Positions 24,753 to 38,193 of a DNA stretch of 64,000 nt are shown in pieces. The DNA lies in the NCBI GenBank assembly GCA_013265495.1, contig MU059820.1:1638722-1702721 (forward strand), read 5' to 3'. The stretch comes from Vicugna vicugna. Its lineage: Eukaryota. A program made the position numbers and the translations under genes. The notes under the pieces are model-generated. The model did not search any database, was not told the DNA's origin, and worked only from the letters and a program-made list of their open reading frames with translations. Position 1 is the first letter of the stretch. The number at the start of each line of letters is the position of its first letter.

Positions 24753-26921
24753 GTGCGTGGGCGGGAAGGGGGCAGTGGGCCTTCCTTGCGCTTTAATTTC
24801 GCTTCACATTCAAGACCATCTGCAGGCAGGAAGGTGCAGGAGGGGGACCCAAGCGCTTTTTACCGCCTAGTGGAGACTCTTCTAGTGATGCTGCTCCCGG
24901 CAGGTATGCGAGCCAGGGTCTTACAAGGATATTCCAGGCAGGCTGGATTGCGTTGTCTGAGACCAGGAATAAACCGGGCTAAGGGTCGAATTTGACCTTG
25001 CCACCTGCAGTTCCTATTCTGCACACTGGTCAGTGCCCCTGGTACAGCCACCCCTAGACTTCACTGAGACTCTGCCCTCCAGGGCAGGATCTAGGGTCAG
25101 CAGCGAGTGCTCAGAGCACAGAAACGTCGCTCTTGCTCCCAGAAAGTTCGGCCAAATCCAGTGATGACAATGATGATATACATGAGCAATGACAGAGCCA
25201 TTCCGAGGGCAGAGCTTCTGTCTGCGGCATCTCATTGAGTTAACTGACAGAGCAGCCCCATGAGAGGAGTGTCATTGGCCCCATTCTACAATCAAGGACA
25301 AGAGCTGAGAAGGTGCCAGCAAAGGGCGCATGGGCTAAGGGGCAGAGGGGGCTTCTGAGCCCAGCCCTCGCTCCTCCGGGCCGCGTTTCTCTGCCGTATG
25401 TGACCACTTGCTCTGGCTTAACTCCAGAATCTAGGGGTAGGTCCCCCAAAGAGCTGTGGGCAGTATTGTACCCCAGCATCAGTAGGCCACTCCCAGACGG
25501 AAGGGCGGGTTGGGGGGCGTCCTCACTGAGCCTCCTCCCCCCTCTGGCCCCTCTCTAGAGCCCCCCACCCTCCCTCCATCTGCTCCCATCACTCTGGAGC
25601 TCGAGGCTGATGGCAGCCTTTCTGCAGCAGAATTTGTGTAAAAGGAGGGAGCGGTGGGGTGAAGAGAGAGGGAACAGTTTTGTGCCTTTGTCCTTTGTTC
25701 TCTCTTTCTGGAATGCCCCTCCCCACCTCCTTCCCATCCCAGGGTCTGCCTTCCTCCACCCCCAGCCTCTCCTCAGCCCCCATGTTTGAGCCTCACTCCC
25801 AGCTCTTCCTCTGGCCTTTACCAAACTCTCTTTCCTAGTGTGGGGTATGCATTTCTTACCTGCTGTTCCCGGCTCCAAGCCTCAGATGTGGGGAGCCTCC
25901 AGCACCTCCCTGCGCCCAGTAAACGTTCTTCTGGAGACTTGGGTCTTGAGTTGTTTCTGTCACTTATTAACAGTCCCACTGTCTGATCTTAAGCAAAACC
26001 CAGCTGTCCTCAGTTTCCCCATCAGTCAAATGAGAGAAGAGGCTCCAAGGATTTTAAGATTTGTTTTAGCTCTATGGATGGTGAGTGCATTCAGGAATCC
26101 TAGGGGAAAGTTTTTGAAGAGAGAACTTAAGATTTCACTGTTCATCACTGCTATTATGATGAACATGAGCCTTTCAAGATTTTACTGACTGTAACTTGTA
26201 TAAATGCTTCTGGTATCGAGGCTTAAGGCTGTACAAATGTTTCTGTTTGACATTTGGAATGTGGTACATTCTCTCTTGTAAGACTCTTGGCTATAACAAT
26301 CATTAGTGTTTCTAAAAAGCCACTCCGGACTTCTGCTTATTACAAGCAGGTAAAATCTTGAATTATAAATAAAGTAAATAAAGTAAAACAAGAATACACT
26401 AAAAATGAGGACTTTCTTGATTGGACTGAAAGAATTCTTCATTTTCTGGAGTGATATAGCTTGTCACATGATATAAATGTCAAGGTAACAGTTGCCAAAT
26501 TCAGTCCTGTTGGGAGATGATCAGCATTAGAGTTACTGAAGTGAACATTATGGAACAAATGGTTAGCTCCTCAAAATGCCTCTGTTGTGCCGTGGAATTG
26601 CAACTTGGCCATGAGTTCATTATGTATAAATCCATTCTATGTGAGAGAGTCTTAACTGGGGGACTTACCTGAGGACAATCAAGTGCATTAAACAACACTT
26701 ATATTTTATTGTGATCTTGTATCCTAAGAAAGAAGCCTAGTTCATTTCTTCCGAGCAGTGAATCGGGCGTCTGTCAGCATGTTGGCCCCATAGCTCAGTA
26801 GAGGGTGGGCTGGGGGGTGTTCCAGCACATTCCGGAAAGCAAGCAGGCCCAGAGCTGGGAGGAGGGGGTGTGGGTCTAACCCCTGGGCCGCCACCGGCTG
26901 ACCCTGTGTCTGCTTTCCCAG

Positions 26922-27121
26922 GTCATCCACTGCAGCGGCTACCTGAAGATCAGGCAATATATGCTGGACATGTCCCTGTACGACTCGTGCTACCAGATCG
27001 TGGGGCTGGTGGCCGTGGGCCAGTCGCTGCCACCCAGCGCCATCACTGAGATCAAGCTGCACAGCAACATGTTCATGTTCAGGGCCAGCCTCGACCTCAA
27101 GCTGATATTCCTGGATTCCAG
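26922..27121 (+). CDS. SIM2: SIM2 coding exon 6 (end of PAS-A, start of PAS-B)
   Basis: tttcccag|GTC ATC CAC... encodes [66 protein letters not shown](R); donor CAG|GTGAGC; 200 nt. Confidence 0.98.
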
Positions 27122-28030
27122 GTGAGCTTGGCAGCTGCTGCTGCAGAGTTTTGGAAAACATCGACGGTGGAGACTGATCCCTGGAAGCCACACTCTTAAA
27201 CCAAAATGTGGCAAGGAAAAAGCCATAATAAGAAATGGGAATGACAAAGAGAGGTTTAGTGAAATCAGGTCAAAAATTGAAGAAATTAGTATCAATCTTA
27301 ATACTCGGGGGCAGCCAGTTTCTCCAGCTTATCGGAACTGGAGGTACTTTATAAACAAATAAAACTTACTTTGTTTTATTTATTTGTATTTTCATTATCT
27401 CACTGGAGTTGGAACTGGAAATCTGTGTTGTAGGCAAACGTTGCCTGTTTGGAAGGCCCACGACGTCAGGGTTCTGCCGCGTATCTCTGTCAAGTTGGTA
27501 GGACTTTAAAACAAACAGAAAGTTTCCACTCTGAGTCGTGTGTGTGTTGTGGGAAGGCTTCCAACTCAGGCTGGCGGGAAGCCGGGCTCTGACGGTCACT
27601 GCGGGGCTGAGGCAGCCAGCAGAGGTGGCCCTCGTGGAGGTGGGGAGGTGTGACCACAGCTCAGCAGGCCCCCCTGCTGGAGTCTGGGCTGGGGGAGCAG
27701 CTCTGGCTGACAGAGAGGGCGAAACTGCAGTGTCCCCAGAGCTGCCTGCCACTTGACAATGCCCAGCAACACAAGAATCTCTTTTCAGAGAGAGACAGAG
27801 GCACAGGTTTGCTGGTTCACTGGGGTTCGGGGAAGCCCGCGGTTGGGGGTGCATGTGCGTCCCCCAGGGCAGGCTGCTGGCCCGCAGGGCCTCCTTGGGC
27901 TTGGAGATTTTTGCCCATTCCACTTGCCACAAGGCTGTTAGGAAAGATGAAACTTGCTAATAGCCATGAAACATTGGTAAAAGCGAGAAGTTTGATGTAC
28001 CTGCAAGGTGAGTCATTTTGCTTTTTGGCC

Positions 28031-28242
28031 ATTTATTTATTTATTTTTGTGAATGTTTTATATATATATATTTATTTATTTATTTATTTATATCGAAGTA
28101 CAATTACCATATGTCAATTTCTGGTGTACAGCACAATGTCCCAGTCATGCATATGCATACATATATTCGTTTTCATATTTTTTTTCCATTAAAGGTTATT
28201 ACAAGATATTCAGCATACTTTCTTGTGCTATACAAAAGAAAC
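28031..28242 (-). mobile_element. LINE-1 3' end (artiodactyl/camelid type)
   Basis: (TTTA)n tail, then gaagtaca...tttctggtgtacagcac...catacatatatt...ggttattacaagatatt...tgtgctatac. Confidence 0.8.
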
Positions 28243-28251
28243 TTTTTTTTT

Positions 28252-28312
28252 NNNNNNNNNNNNNNNNNNNNNNNNNNNNNNNNNNNNNNNNNNNNNNNNN
28301 NNNNNNNNNNNN
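28252..28312. other. N-gap (61 nt) inside a poly(T) tract
   Basis: Read directly; T-runs on both sides. Confidence 0.97.
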
Positions 28313-28524
28313 TTTTTTTTTTTTTTTTTTGCTTTTTGGGCTTTTAGATTCCTCGGCCATATAGGCAGGAATAAGTGTTCAGAGACCCCACTCCTGGCTT
28401 GTGTGTGTAGCTGAGCTTTCTGGGAAGAAAAAGTTACATATATATTTTTTTCCTGTCTGTCCTGAAACTAGGATTTATTGATTCTCTTATTTTTTACCCA
28501 TTTTTTTACTCTTTAAATTTGTGG

Positions 28525-28656
28525 AGGGGAAGGTATAGGTATAGTTTAGTGGTAGAGTGCGGTGTGCTTAGCATGTACAAGGTCCTTGGTTCAATCCCCA
28601 GCACCTCCGTTAAAAAGTAAATAAATAAATCTAATTACCTCCCCCACCAAAAAACA
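28525..28656 (+). mobile_element. tRNA-derived SINE, camelid Vic-1-like, with TSD
   Basis: A/B boxes and tail TAAATAAATCTAATTACCTCCCCC. Flanking repeats aaatttgtgg (28515-28524) and aaagttgtgg (28657-28666). Confidence 0.88.
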
Positions 28657-28769
28657 AAAGTTGTGGTAGAATATACATAACATAAAGTTGATCATTTTTT
28701 TCATAGACAGTCAATGTAATTTATCACTTAGCGTGTGTCTACAATGGTATAATGCTGTCATTTTCAATA

Positions 28770-29040
28770 CATTAACTAATTTAACCCCTATGACAGTCCT
28801 GAAGGGGCAACATTATTATGTCCAATTTTTTAGATGAAGAAACTGAATCTTGGAGGGGATGAGAAAACTTACCGATGGTCAAACAGCTAGTAAGTAATAG
28901 CATCCTGGCCAGGGCGTGGTGCTAGTGCACCTACATGTGCAGTATGTGGAACTGTTTTCTCCGTTCTCTAGATTGAAACACTGAGACTTTAGAGAGAGTT
29001 TAGATATCTCGCCCTGGGTCCAAGATAAGTGGTTAGCATT
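28770..29040 (-). mobile_element. MIR SINE relic(s)
   Basis: ccaattttttagatgaagaaactga and ctagattgaaacactgagact..agagag core motifs. Confidence 0.6.
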
Positions 29041-31480
29041 ATTGAGTTTCCAACCCGGGTCTCCCTTCAAAGCCTTTGTATTTTCTCCTGGATTATAAAA
29101 TTGACCATTAACTATTTATGGAGGAAAACTAAGCTTACCTGGTTAGGGATGGGAGGTGAAGAACAAGCCTTAGCTCATCGTGACTGCGTCTCAGAACCAT
29201 TCAGAGGTAGAAGGGTGATGGAGTTGGCCCTCCAAGGTCGTTCTATGCTCCGAGCAAGTCCAGGCAAAGAGGAAGCATTACTCCTTGGGGGAAGTTCGCC
29301 GGCACCTCGCAGAGGGCCAGACACCGCCCAGCAACAAGCACTGTTACCCTGTGGTAGAGACGGAGGCACCTGCAGGGGGGTGAGCTGCCCCAGAGCCTGG
29401 GCGTGTAGAAGAAGCCGCCACACACAGGGCAAGGGGGAGAGGGCGGTTCTTCCAGACTCAGGAGCCAAATCTAAAAGCCAACTTTTAGCAAGAAAACCCA
29501 GTGTCCAAGTTCATTGTTTCCGAAATTGGGGAGGATATAATTTCCCCCTCGTTTTGTCTCCTAGTTTTCCCTTGACCATCCCTGGAGAAGCCTCTGAGGC
29601 TTGGTGAAGCCTCTAGAAGGGGGAAGAGGGGCATCTCCCCAAGAGAGAGGTTTCAGGTCTTCTTGAGTTGTTCAACCCACACTGCTTTTAAACGTGACAG
29701 ACAAACGGAAGGTTACAGAAGAGGGTACGCGAGGTTAGCTCAGGGGCCAGCTTGCTCCCGAAGGGCGCGTCGGATGTGGGTTTTCCCAAATGCCAGCCTT
29801 CCTCTATTTCGGGCCGTACCCCCGAGATGAGCCACCTTGAGGAAGACTTCCTGTCTCTACAGAAGACCAAGAAGTTTCTCCCTGCTAAGTACCAGGAAGC
29901 TTTGAGGTTTTACTGAATCCCAGTCATATAGGAGGTGCTTAAGGGGGTCAGAAACATGCTGGAGAACTCTTCACTCTCTGGCCTTCAGGGGGCTGCAGCT
30001 CGATGGCCTCTAAAAGGCCACTGGGCCAGGGGCGGGGGAGCTGGCCCGGTACTAGGGGGTCAGCAGAATAGCCCAGCGGGGTGATGTCAATGCCTACATC
30101 CAAACCCCAGAGGCCACTGTGAGGGGTTGGCCTGAACCCCAGCAGCCCCAAGTCACAGGGCCAGCATGGTGGGCCTGGCCCAGCATAATCCCAGACAAAA
30201 CTGAACTCGGCATAACCCGAAGTTTGGTTCAGAGGGGTTTTGTGGTATTTCACTTTGAAACTGTAGCTGGTGCTTTTGCTAAGGATGGGTGAACCCAGCG
30301 ATGTTTGGGGTTTGGCAAATCCCTCTGACAGGTCTTCAGACACTAGAGGGTTGGAAAAAACCAAGAGGGCGTGCTGCCAACCATTCCCTTTCCCTTTAAT
30401 TTTTAAAGCCAGTGTGTACTTTGATGAGAAACTTAATACATGTGTTTCTGATTCATTTACACATTCAGGGCTGTTGTTCTGAAACTTTACGTCCAGAGGG
30501 TCTGGGAAGCCTCTTTCATCCCCACACCATAGAGATGCCTGGCTTTCTTTTTGGGGGGAAGCCAGACGTCTCAGTTTTCCTGCCACACAGAGTTAGGCTC
30601 CGACGGGGCCTGAAGTTCTAGGTGGCCCTTGGACAGGTCCCCCGAGCCCTGAGAGGCTCTGGCCTGTGCAAATTCCCTTACTACCCACCTCGAGCCCCGG
30701 CTCCTTCCTGCCTTGGAGGAACACCATGGAAATGTGTACACCAAATAGTGAGTGATTCCAGGGAAATATGAGGCTCACAGAGATTTACGACCCGAAGCCC
30801 GTGCAGAACTCAACAGAAAGGGGAGCGGGTTAGGGAATGAAAGCGAGGTCGGGTTTCCCCCATTTAATTTACAGCTAACGTTTCAGACCCGGGCCAGCAG
30901 AGCCCTCAGTCCTGGCCGTCCTCAGCCCCCACCAACATCTCGCCATAGCCTCACTTGCTTGGGGATCCCCGCTTGTCCCCCTCTTTCATCTGTTCCTGAG
31001 TATCTGTCACCAAGATGTTTAGGCCACTTCCTTCCTCCAGGGGCATGGTCCCCAGTGCAGTTGCCCAGAGCCTGGGAAGCGATACCACGGCCACATGCAA
31101 TTTTCACCTACAGGCTAGTGATGATGCAGACTTGGATGCTGAGAGCCACTTTTCTTCAAAGAGCTGAAGTGGGAAATTAATATGTCTGGGGCTGGATGAG
31201 AACAAAAAGGGGGTAACAGCATATAAGCCATTACCAGGAGGATGCTTCCATTTCCACAGTGAGCTTAAGGCTTACTTTCTAGTCACAACAGCTTTGGGTG
31301 TTATTATACTATTTTCTGGAGGCTTTAAATAGTCCTCCACTGATAAGAGGCTGAAACGTCTCCAGCCATTCCCTAAATCCCATCCGTAGGAATCACCCAA
31401 CCGTAGCATCATCCTGGAAACAGCTATACCAGGAAGCAGTGTGGAACAGAGGCTTCCAGGCTCACACACATAAGAGACAG

Positions 31481-31982
31481 AATGTGGAACCAACTGAAGT
31501 GTCCATCGTCAGGTGAACAGATAAACAAAATGTGGTCTCTACATAGAAGAGAATATTATTCACTCATAAAAAGGAGTGGCATTCTGCTACTGCAAGTTAG
31601 AGCGTGAATGAACCCTGAAACGTGTTAAGTGAGAGAAGCCAGACACAAAAGGTCAGATACTGTATCATTCCACTTGGATGAAATACCCAGAACAGACGAA
31701 TTCATAAAGGTAGGAAGTGGAACAGAGGTTGCCAGGGGCTTGTGGGGAGGGAATGGGGAATTACTGTTTAATGGGTAGAGTTTCTGATCGGGGTGATGAG
31801 AAAGTTCTAGAAATGTAAGTGGTGATGGTCATACAACACTTAAAAATGGTTAAAATGCTCCAGTACCTTGTTAAAAATAAATAAGTAAATCTAATTACCT
31901 CCCCCCCAAAAAACGAACAAACAAAAATAGTTAAAATGGTGAATTTTATGTTGCATATATTTTACCACAATAATTTTTTAAA
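31481..31982 (+). mobile_element. Old LINE-1 (L1M) 3' end
   Basis: caactgaagtgtccatc..gataaacaaaatgtggt...aagtgagagaagccagacacaaaagg...ggttgccagggg...gagaaagttctagaa...gtgaattttatgtt. Confidence 0.85.
31858..31922 (+). mobile_element. 5'-truncated Vic-1-like SINE inserted in an old L1
   Basis: Only the 3' tail is present (..TAAATCTAATTACCTCCCCCCC AAAAAAC..). 16-bp TSD aaaaatggttaaaatg (31842-31857) / aaaaatagttaaaatg (31923-31938). Confidence 0.82.
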
Positions 31983-32333
31983 GGTTCACATAGGACTACC
32001 CCCCCAAAATCCTCAGTGAGTGGGCTCTTTCTCACCTCGGCAACTTCTTCCAGTGTCAGTCTCAACGTTCCCTCCCCAGATAAGCTTCCCCTTGAAAAGG
32101 GATAAAATTTTAAGCCATCCGAAACCTTCTTCTAGCCATGGTTTCAGAAGGCCATTCCAGCTCAAGAGTGTGAGATCCTGCACTGGGTAGGAGTTCAAAG
32201 ATTTTCTTCTGGTAAAAAAGATCATTCTGTGTTTCCAAAATCAACATTCCCCCAGCCCTGAGCCTTTTAGCACTTGATTTATTGGCGAAACCAGTATTAG
32301 TTTAAATGAAAGGCAATCTGCAGAGCGATGTAA

Positions 32334-32474
<141 letters not shown>

Positions 32475-32774
32475 TGAGCTCACCGTGCTCACCTCGCTGG
32501 GGGCCGTGACAGCGGTGGGAGGGCGGGAGCGGCATCGAGGACAGAGTGGGGACAGTGTCCCTCACTTGGTATACGAATTCTCTATTGTGTACACGGGACT
32601 CTTAGACATAAGCATGTCTCCACGCACCCCTTGATTTCAGCACGGCTACTCACGTTCAGTTCCCAAACATCCACTGAAACTCTGGCAGGTGTGGGATGGT
32701 ATGGAAGTTCTGCTTTTGGAACATGAATTTCTCCATGACATGGGACACCAGGTGTACCAGGCCCTAGTTTAAGT

Positions 32775-32935
32775 GATTAAATACATTGCCAACCCAGTGA
32801 GGGAGAGTCTCATGTTCATGATTCTCCTTTTACTGTGGAGGGTCCTGAGGTTCAGAGAGGTTAAGCCACTTGCCCATGGTCACACAGCAATGAGGTGGCA
32901 TAGCTGGGAGCTGAATCCAAGCAATGATCGGCCTC
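32775..32935 (-). mobile_element. MIR SINE relic
   Basis: ctgaggttcagagaggttaagccacttgccca.ggtcacacagc. Confidence 0.72.
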
Positions 32936-35900
32936 CAACCACTGTCCATCATCCGGCTGGGAAGCTCAGGGAGACCACAGGTTTCTAGGATGGGAGAAGT
33001 CCATGTGGAAATAGAAAACAAACAGTATTTCATTTGCATTGGAGGCAATTTGGGGAACATCTGGATGCAAGGGTGGGGGCTCTAGCCACTGAAATATTTA
33101 AAGAAGTAACACTTTTCTTCTAAAATCTAAATTGAGGCATCAGATAATTGGGATGGAGTAGAACACCTCATCCTCCCGCCATCCAGCCCCGCCACTCTGA
33201 TGGCCAGTCCAGGGGTGCTGGTTAATGGGGTGCAGAGGGCTAGGGGAGCCAGGCCTTCTGTAGTACAGCCCAGAGGGCACGACCTCTGTTCTTGCTTTGT
33301 GTTGATGAAGAGGCATCAGAGGACAAGTTGCTGGTGTCGGTTGGGGGTCGACGGCGGGTCCAGGGCCTGCTGCATCCTTGGCCGCGTCATATGCCTGGCC
33401 GTTCGGTGTCAACTGGGACCCAATGAGCACTGAACAGCCAGGGTGTCGTCCTTCTCTCCTCCCAAGTCACTAAGGGCAGAGACCCATGACGGCCGGGACA
33501 TTGGCTGGGCAGACGCTGTCGGCTTCTTCCTGCTCCTTGAAATTCACAACAGCGTGAAAAGTTTCCGTGCATGGAGAGACGTGGAGTTATGAGCAGCCTT
33601 CTATTTCTTTCTTTACAAATGGTCAAATCATGATCATCCCTGTCCTTCCCGTAGCCCGGCTTGGTAGGAAGCAGGTGCCTAGTGTCTGGACGAGTTCCGT
33701 AGGTCAGCATCACTGATACGGGAGCTCGAAATTCTCCTTCTGCCTACGGGGTAGGAAGTGTCAATTACAGAATTAGATCTTCGGAGACTTGATCGGGCAG
33801 GTGGTAGTGGGAGAAGAGGGCAGTATGCGCTCTGGAGTGAGCAGAGCAACTGGGAGACGAAAGAGGCGTCTGCTGGAGGGCGTGCACCACAGAACAGTCT
33901 AGAGGGAAGGACAGGCGGGAGGCAGGGGAGCAAATGGCAGGGTTCACACCTTCTCACCTCCCTGCTACTGTCTGTCAGGGTGTCAGAGGGGAAGCCCCAG
34001 CCCGGAGGGTCCCAGCCCTGTCCCCGAGGCTGGAGCCTCTCCAGCACAGGGGTTGAAAGCAAACCCTTGACTTACATGAAGGAAGAGTCATTTTTCAAAG
34101 TGGGGCTGCGGCACAAGAAATGAGGCCACTCAGTGCGGAGAAAGGAAACTTACAGAATTAAAAGTCTTTGTTTTAAATACCATTTTTCATCTCTCGGACT
34201 GCCTGGCTAACAGAGGGGAGGAGGATTTTTTTCCCAAGGGAAATAAATTCCATTTGTAATTTGAAAATGAAGGCCACAGTGATGGCCAGTGGGAGGCTCC
34301 TGTGTCCCTGACACAAACCATGTGCTTTTCACATATGAAATCTGAGGGCAGCTGGGCCCGGTGAGCCGGGTGAGGCTGGGAGGTTGGAGAGACTTGTGAG
34401 CAGGACCAGAGCCCAGGCCATTCAGCAATTCCCACCACCTGATGGGTCTTAAACTTGTCCTCCAGGAGCCCCCATCTTCCTGAGCGCATCCAACTTAACA
34501 ACGAGGGAGGCTATTGGAGAGGTCTCCTGCGATTTACGTGATGAGTTCGCCCTGCTTCACATGGAGTGGAAATTTACAGACATCGCGATTATCCGAAGGG
34601 ACCCAGAGAGGGAAGGGGCACGTGGGCTTCCAAGGGACACTCAGAAAAGGCACAGTGTTTACAAATCAGAGGGAGCACAGCTTTCTCTGCCAAATGGGCT
34701 AGAATTGGTCAAAGAAAACAGAAAAAAAGTAGTATCAACAGTGATCACTGCTGTGCTGTGACTCCACCTTCACCGTGGCCCAGAAACTACCACAGGGACA
34801 GGAGGCACAGAGCACACGGCAGCCAGGCCAGGGGGAGGGCAGGCGTGGCCTCAGACCCTCCATGCGCCCACCAGCTTTCCCTCAAGTCAGCCAGAAACAG
34901 CTGGGGCTCCGACCCACCCACCGGGCAGGACTGGGTCTCCCAGAGCTCATGCCTTGGCTTCAGCCTTGGAACCACCTTCCAACGTCCCCTTAGGGCAGCT
35001 TAGCACTAAACTGAACGTTACTTCCCCTCCAGCTGGAACTTTCTGCTCAAGAAAAGGAAGACAATCAACAACCAGAGTGAGGGGATGGAGGCAGGTCTTC
35101 AGGGCGTGGAACCCAGGCGATTTTGAAACCTCTCTGTCGTGTGGTCCCTGGGGCCTCACTCTCCTTCTGGGGCACAGAACTGAGGGGTCAACTCCCAGCT
35201 TCTCATTCCTGACTTAGAAGGTCAGATGCATCACTTCAATATGTGACTTTTCGGTCCCGTCACCTGCTGCTTCGGTGGCTGACAGCAGGGCTCAGGGGCC
35301 TGGCCGACCTGCCCGCACTCCAGGCTCTGCATGGATCCCCCAGAGCAGCCCCTGGTGACCTGGGACTCAAGTCCTTCACTCCGGCCACAGCGGGAGCTGC
35401 CCGGGAGCCACCTCTGCTGCTTCCCTTAGGCCCCCACCAACTGACGCGGCTGGAGGTGGCCGGCGGCTCCAGCCACCTGCCCTCTGGGCCCTGCAGGCCT
35501 CCAAGGCCCCGGCGAGAGCCTCCTGCTCCTGTGAGACTTACACATGAGTCTGTCAGCCCAGGAGGAAAACCAATCGCTGCCAACACCAGGATGGATGGGA
35601 GGTCACTGTCCAATTTCCCCAGGCCATGCTTTCTCCACAGCGGTGTCCACAACCCGGGCGCCGGGCGCTGGGCGACGCGCTGTGCTGGAGGCCGACTTGG
35701 ACAGAGGGAAGCAGTGGTTCGAGAGGACCATAGGCAGCCAAATGGTTTCCACACATTCTTCAAAATATTGTCTTAACCAGGAGCAGGAGTCCACAGGGTC
35801 TGAAGAAAGCACAGCCCCTAAAGAAAGGGAATTCAACACAGTCCAGGAAGTGAGGAGAAGCAGCGTGGTCTCAGGGAGCAGAGGCCCCCGGAGGCAGCCC

Positions 35901-37438
35901 GGCAGCCTTCCCAGCCGGCACGCCAAGTCGGGCCCTGCCGGGGCTCTCCCCAGAACCTTCTGTAAGGAAAGGTGCACACAAGATCCTCTAGGGAATGTCT
36001 CTGACCCCCCAGCCCGGCTCACTGCTTCACGGCATGTGGTGGCTCATTGCCTCACAGTGGCTGAGGGAAGGCCTGCTGAGTGTGGGCCCAGCACAGTATG
36101 ACAGTCACACGGCCCCAGGGGAATGGGCCCTCCAGCTGGAGCCTGCCACCCTGTCTCCCTGTTTTCTCTGTGAAGCTTTTGGGAGACTCTTTCTTGTGCT
36201 GGCAGAGTGGGGCTTGACCTGCGGGTCCTGAGGATGAACAGAGAGCCAGCCTAGCGCTCAGGTCGGACAGGGGAAACTTGAAGATGTGTGTCAAGGGACA
36301 CTGGGCAGATTTCTTGTGGACACTGTGTTTTGGAAGATCCACGATGTCTGCATGGCTGTTCATCCAAAGGAGTGGAGGGTTCCACCTAGTTCTCTAGGTG
36401 GGCCCCGGTCCAGAGTAGGCCAAACCCAAATCCCAAAGAGAACGTGTCCAACTATCAAAACATTTCAATGTCACAGAAAGGCTTCAAAGCCTGAATATGT
36501 CTGCAAATTTCAAGCAATAACTGATGCAGACCCTTGGAAAACACACTCTAAATGACATACAGGAGTCACAAACTCAAATGCTTACAGGGTCCTGAATATA
36601 TGCGTGGGCGAGGATGGGGCTGGAGGGAGTGGTGGAGCTTATGGCTCACTGGAGAACACGTGACCGTCCAAAGGCATTCTGAGTAACAGCAACACCGTGC
36701 CACTGACAGAGGACATTGGTGGACATGTGTGGTCCACGGGATGTCAGCCTTCATCCACTCTATAGCACAAATGTGGAACAGAGACAAAGGTCTCGAAATA
36801 GAAGATACACTTGAAAGAAGTTTCCAGTCCACTGTGAGGAGTTTTGATGGACGTTACAGGGAGTATGGCATCACTGCTGGCCTCGCTTGCCTCTGGGCTG
36901 GAAATGGACGATGGAGTTTAATTCATATGCAGATCCTTTTGGATGCTGCCCTCTGAGCAGAGTCTGGAGGTAGAAGCAGCTCTGTCTTGCAGAGGAAGGT
37001 ATGGGAGCTTGCACACATTAAAGGGAACCCATGAGCAGCGAAACAGGAAACAATCTAGAAAGCGCTGTGCAATCTACACATTGCCCTGCTCCCCAGAAGC
37101 AGTTTTGGACATTTATAGCCGTGACCAGATGGGTCGCGCTGAGCGCATCTTCTGTGGTCAGCATCACCTCGTAGACGTCGCACAGCGTAGCCCTGGGGAA
37201 GTTCTTCCCCAAGAAAGCGCTTCTCTCTTCCCTGGGTTTTCTAGATCTTCTTACCAACCAAACTGCTTCTGGCAGCAGGTGTAGAGCAGCGGTGTGTGTG
37301 GGGCACCTCACTCCCCAAAGGACCGCGTGGCTTGTCTTCAGTCTCACCACCGACACGCTCTCTGAGGCCCCTCCTGGCAGAGGAGACAAGAGCCAGGAGG
37401 AGTACAGGGATCACACTGACCATTTGTCCCCCTGGTGG

Positions 37439-38193
37439 GTGGTTTAGGTTCCTGTTGGGGCCGTAACCAAATACCACCAGCTAGGTGTCTTGGAACAACA
37501 GAAATGCAGCCACATGGATGGACTCGGAGGGCACTGTGCTAAGTAAAGTAAGTCAGACAGAGAGAGACAAATACCAGATGTTGCCACTTATATGTGGAAT
37601 CTTAAAAAAAGACACAAATGAACTTATTTACAAAACATAGACTCACAGACATAGAAAATAAATTCATGTTTAGCAGGGGAGGCTGGTAGGGTGGAGGGAT
37701 AAATTGGGCGTTTGGAATTAGCAGATACACACTACTATATATAAAATAGAGAAATGACAAGGTCCTCGCGTATAGCACAGGGAACTACATTCAGATAATG
37801 AAAAGGATCTGAAAACAACAACAGAAAGGTGCTGTCTCACAGCTGGTCGCCGGGAGGAAGGCCCGCATCAAGGTGTGGGCGGGCCAGGCTCCAACGGTGC
37901 ATCTGGGGGTGGGTCTGCACTAGGGGCCGCCGGCATTCCTTGGCTTTGGCTACAAACTGCAGCCTCCGCGTCCGACTCTCTCCGTGTTTCTGTGTCTTCT
38001 CCTTTTCTGTCTCTTACAGGGATACGTGTCATTAAATTCAGTGCCCACCCTAATCCAGAATGACTGCACCTTGAGATCCTTAACTTAGTTACATCTACAA
38101 AGACCCTTTTCCCAAAGACTGTCACACTCACAGGTTTCTAGGGGTTAGAACTTAGAACATGTCTTTTGAGGGGACACCATTCAACCCACAATA
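37439..38193 (-). mobile_element. MLT1 (MaLR LTR), split by a younger L1 insertion
   Basis: ggttcct..gggccgtaac.aaataccac...aacaacagaaa ... ttacatct.caaagaccctttt.ccaaa...tttgaggggacaccattcaacccaca are the typical MLT1 reverse-strand ends. Confidence 0.82.
37505..37816 (+). mobile_element. 5'-truncated LINE-1 3'UTR fragment (artiodactyl-type) with perfect TSD
   Basis: gcagccacatggatggac..gaggg...aagtaagtcagacagagagagacaaatac...cacttatatgtggaatct...agcacagggaactac. 11-bp TSD aacaacagaaa at 37494-37504 and 37817-37827. Confidence 0.88.

Noticed and set aside
26742-27191. 149-aa minus-strand ORF with protein-like appearance
   Set aside because: Antisense shadow of SIM2 exon 6; codon bias on the sense strand suppresses antisense stops.
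37425-37438. CTCF-like CCACCAGGGGGACA (minus strand); also CCAGGTGGCGCC near 57934-57945
   Set aside because: Each mismatches key consensus positions and cannot be called without ChIP data.
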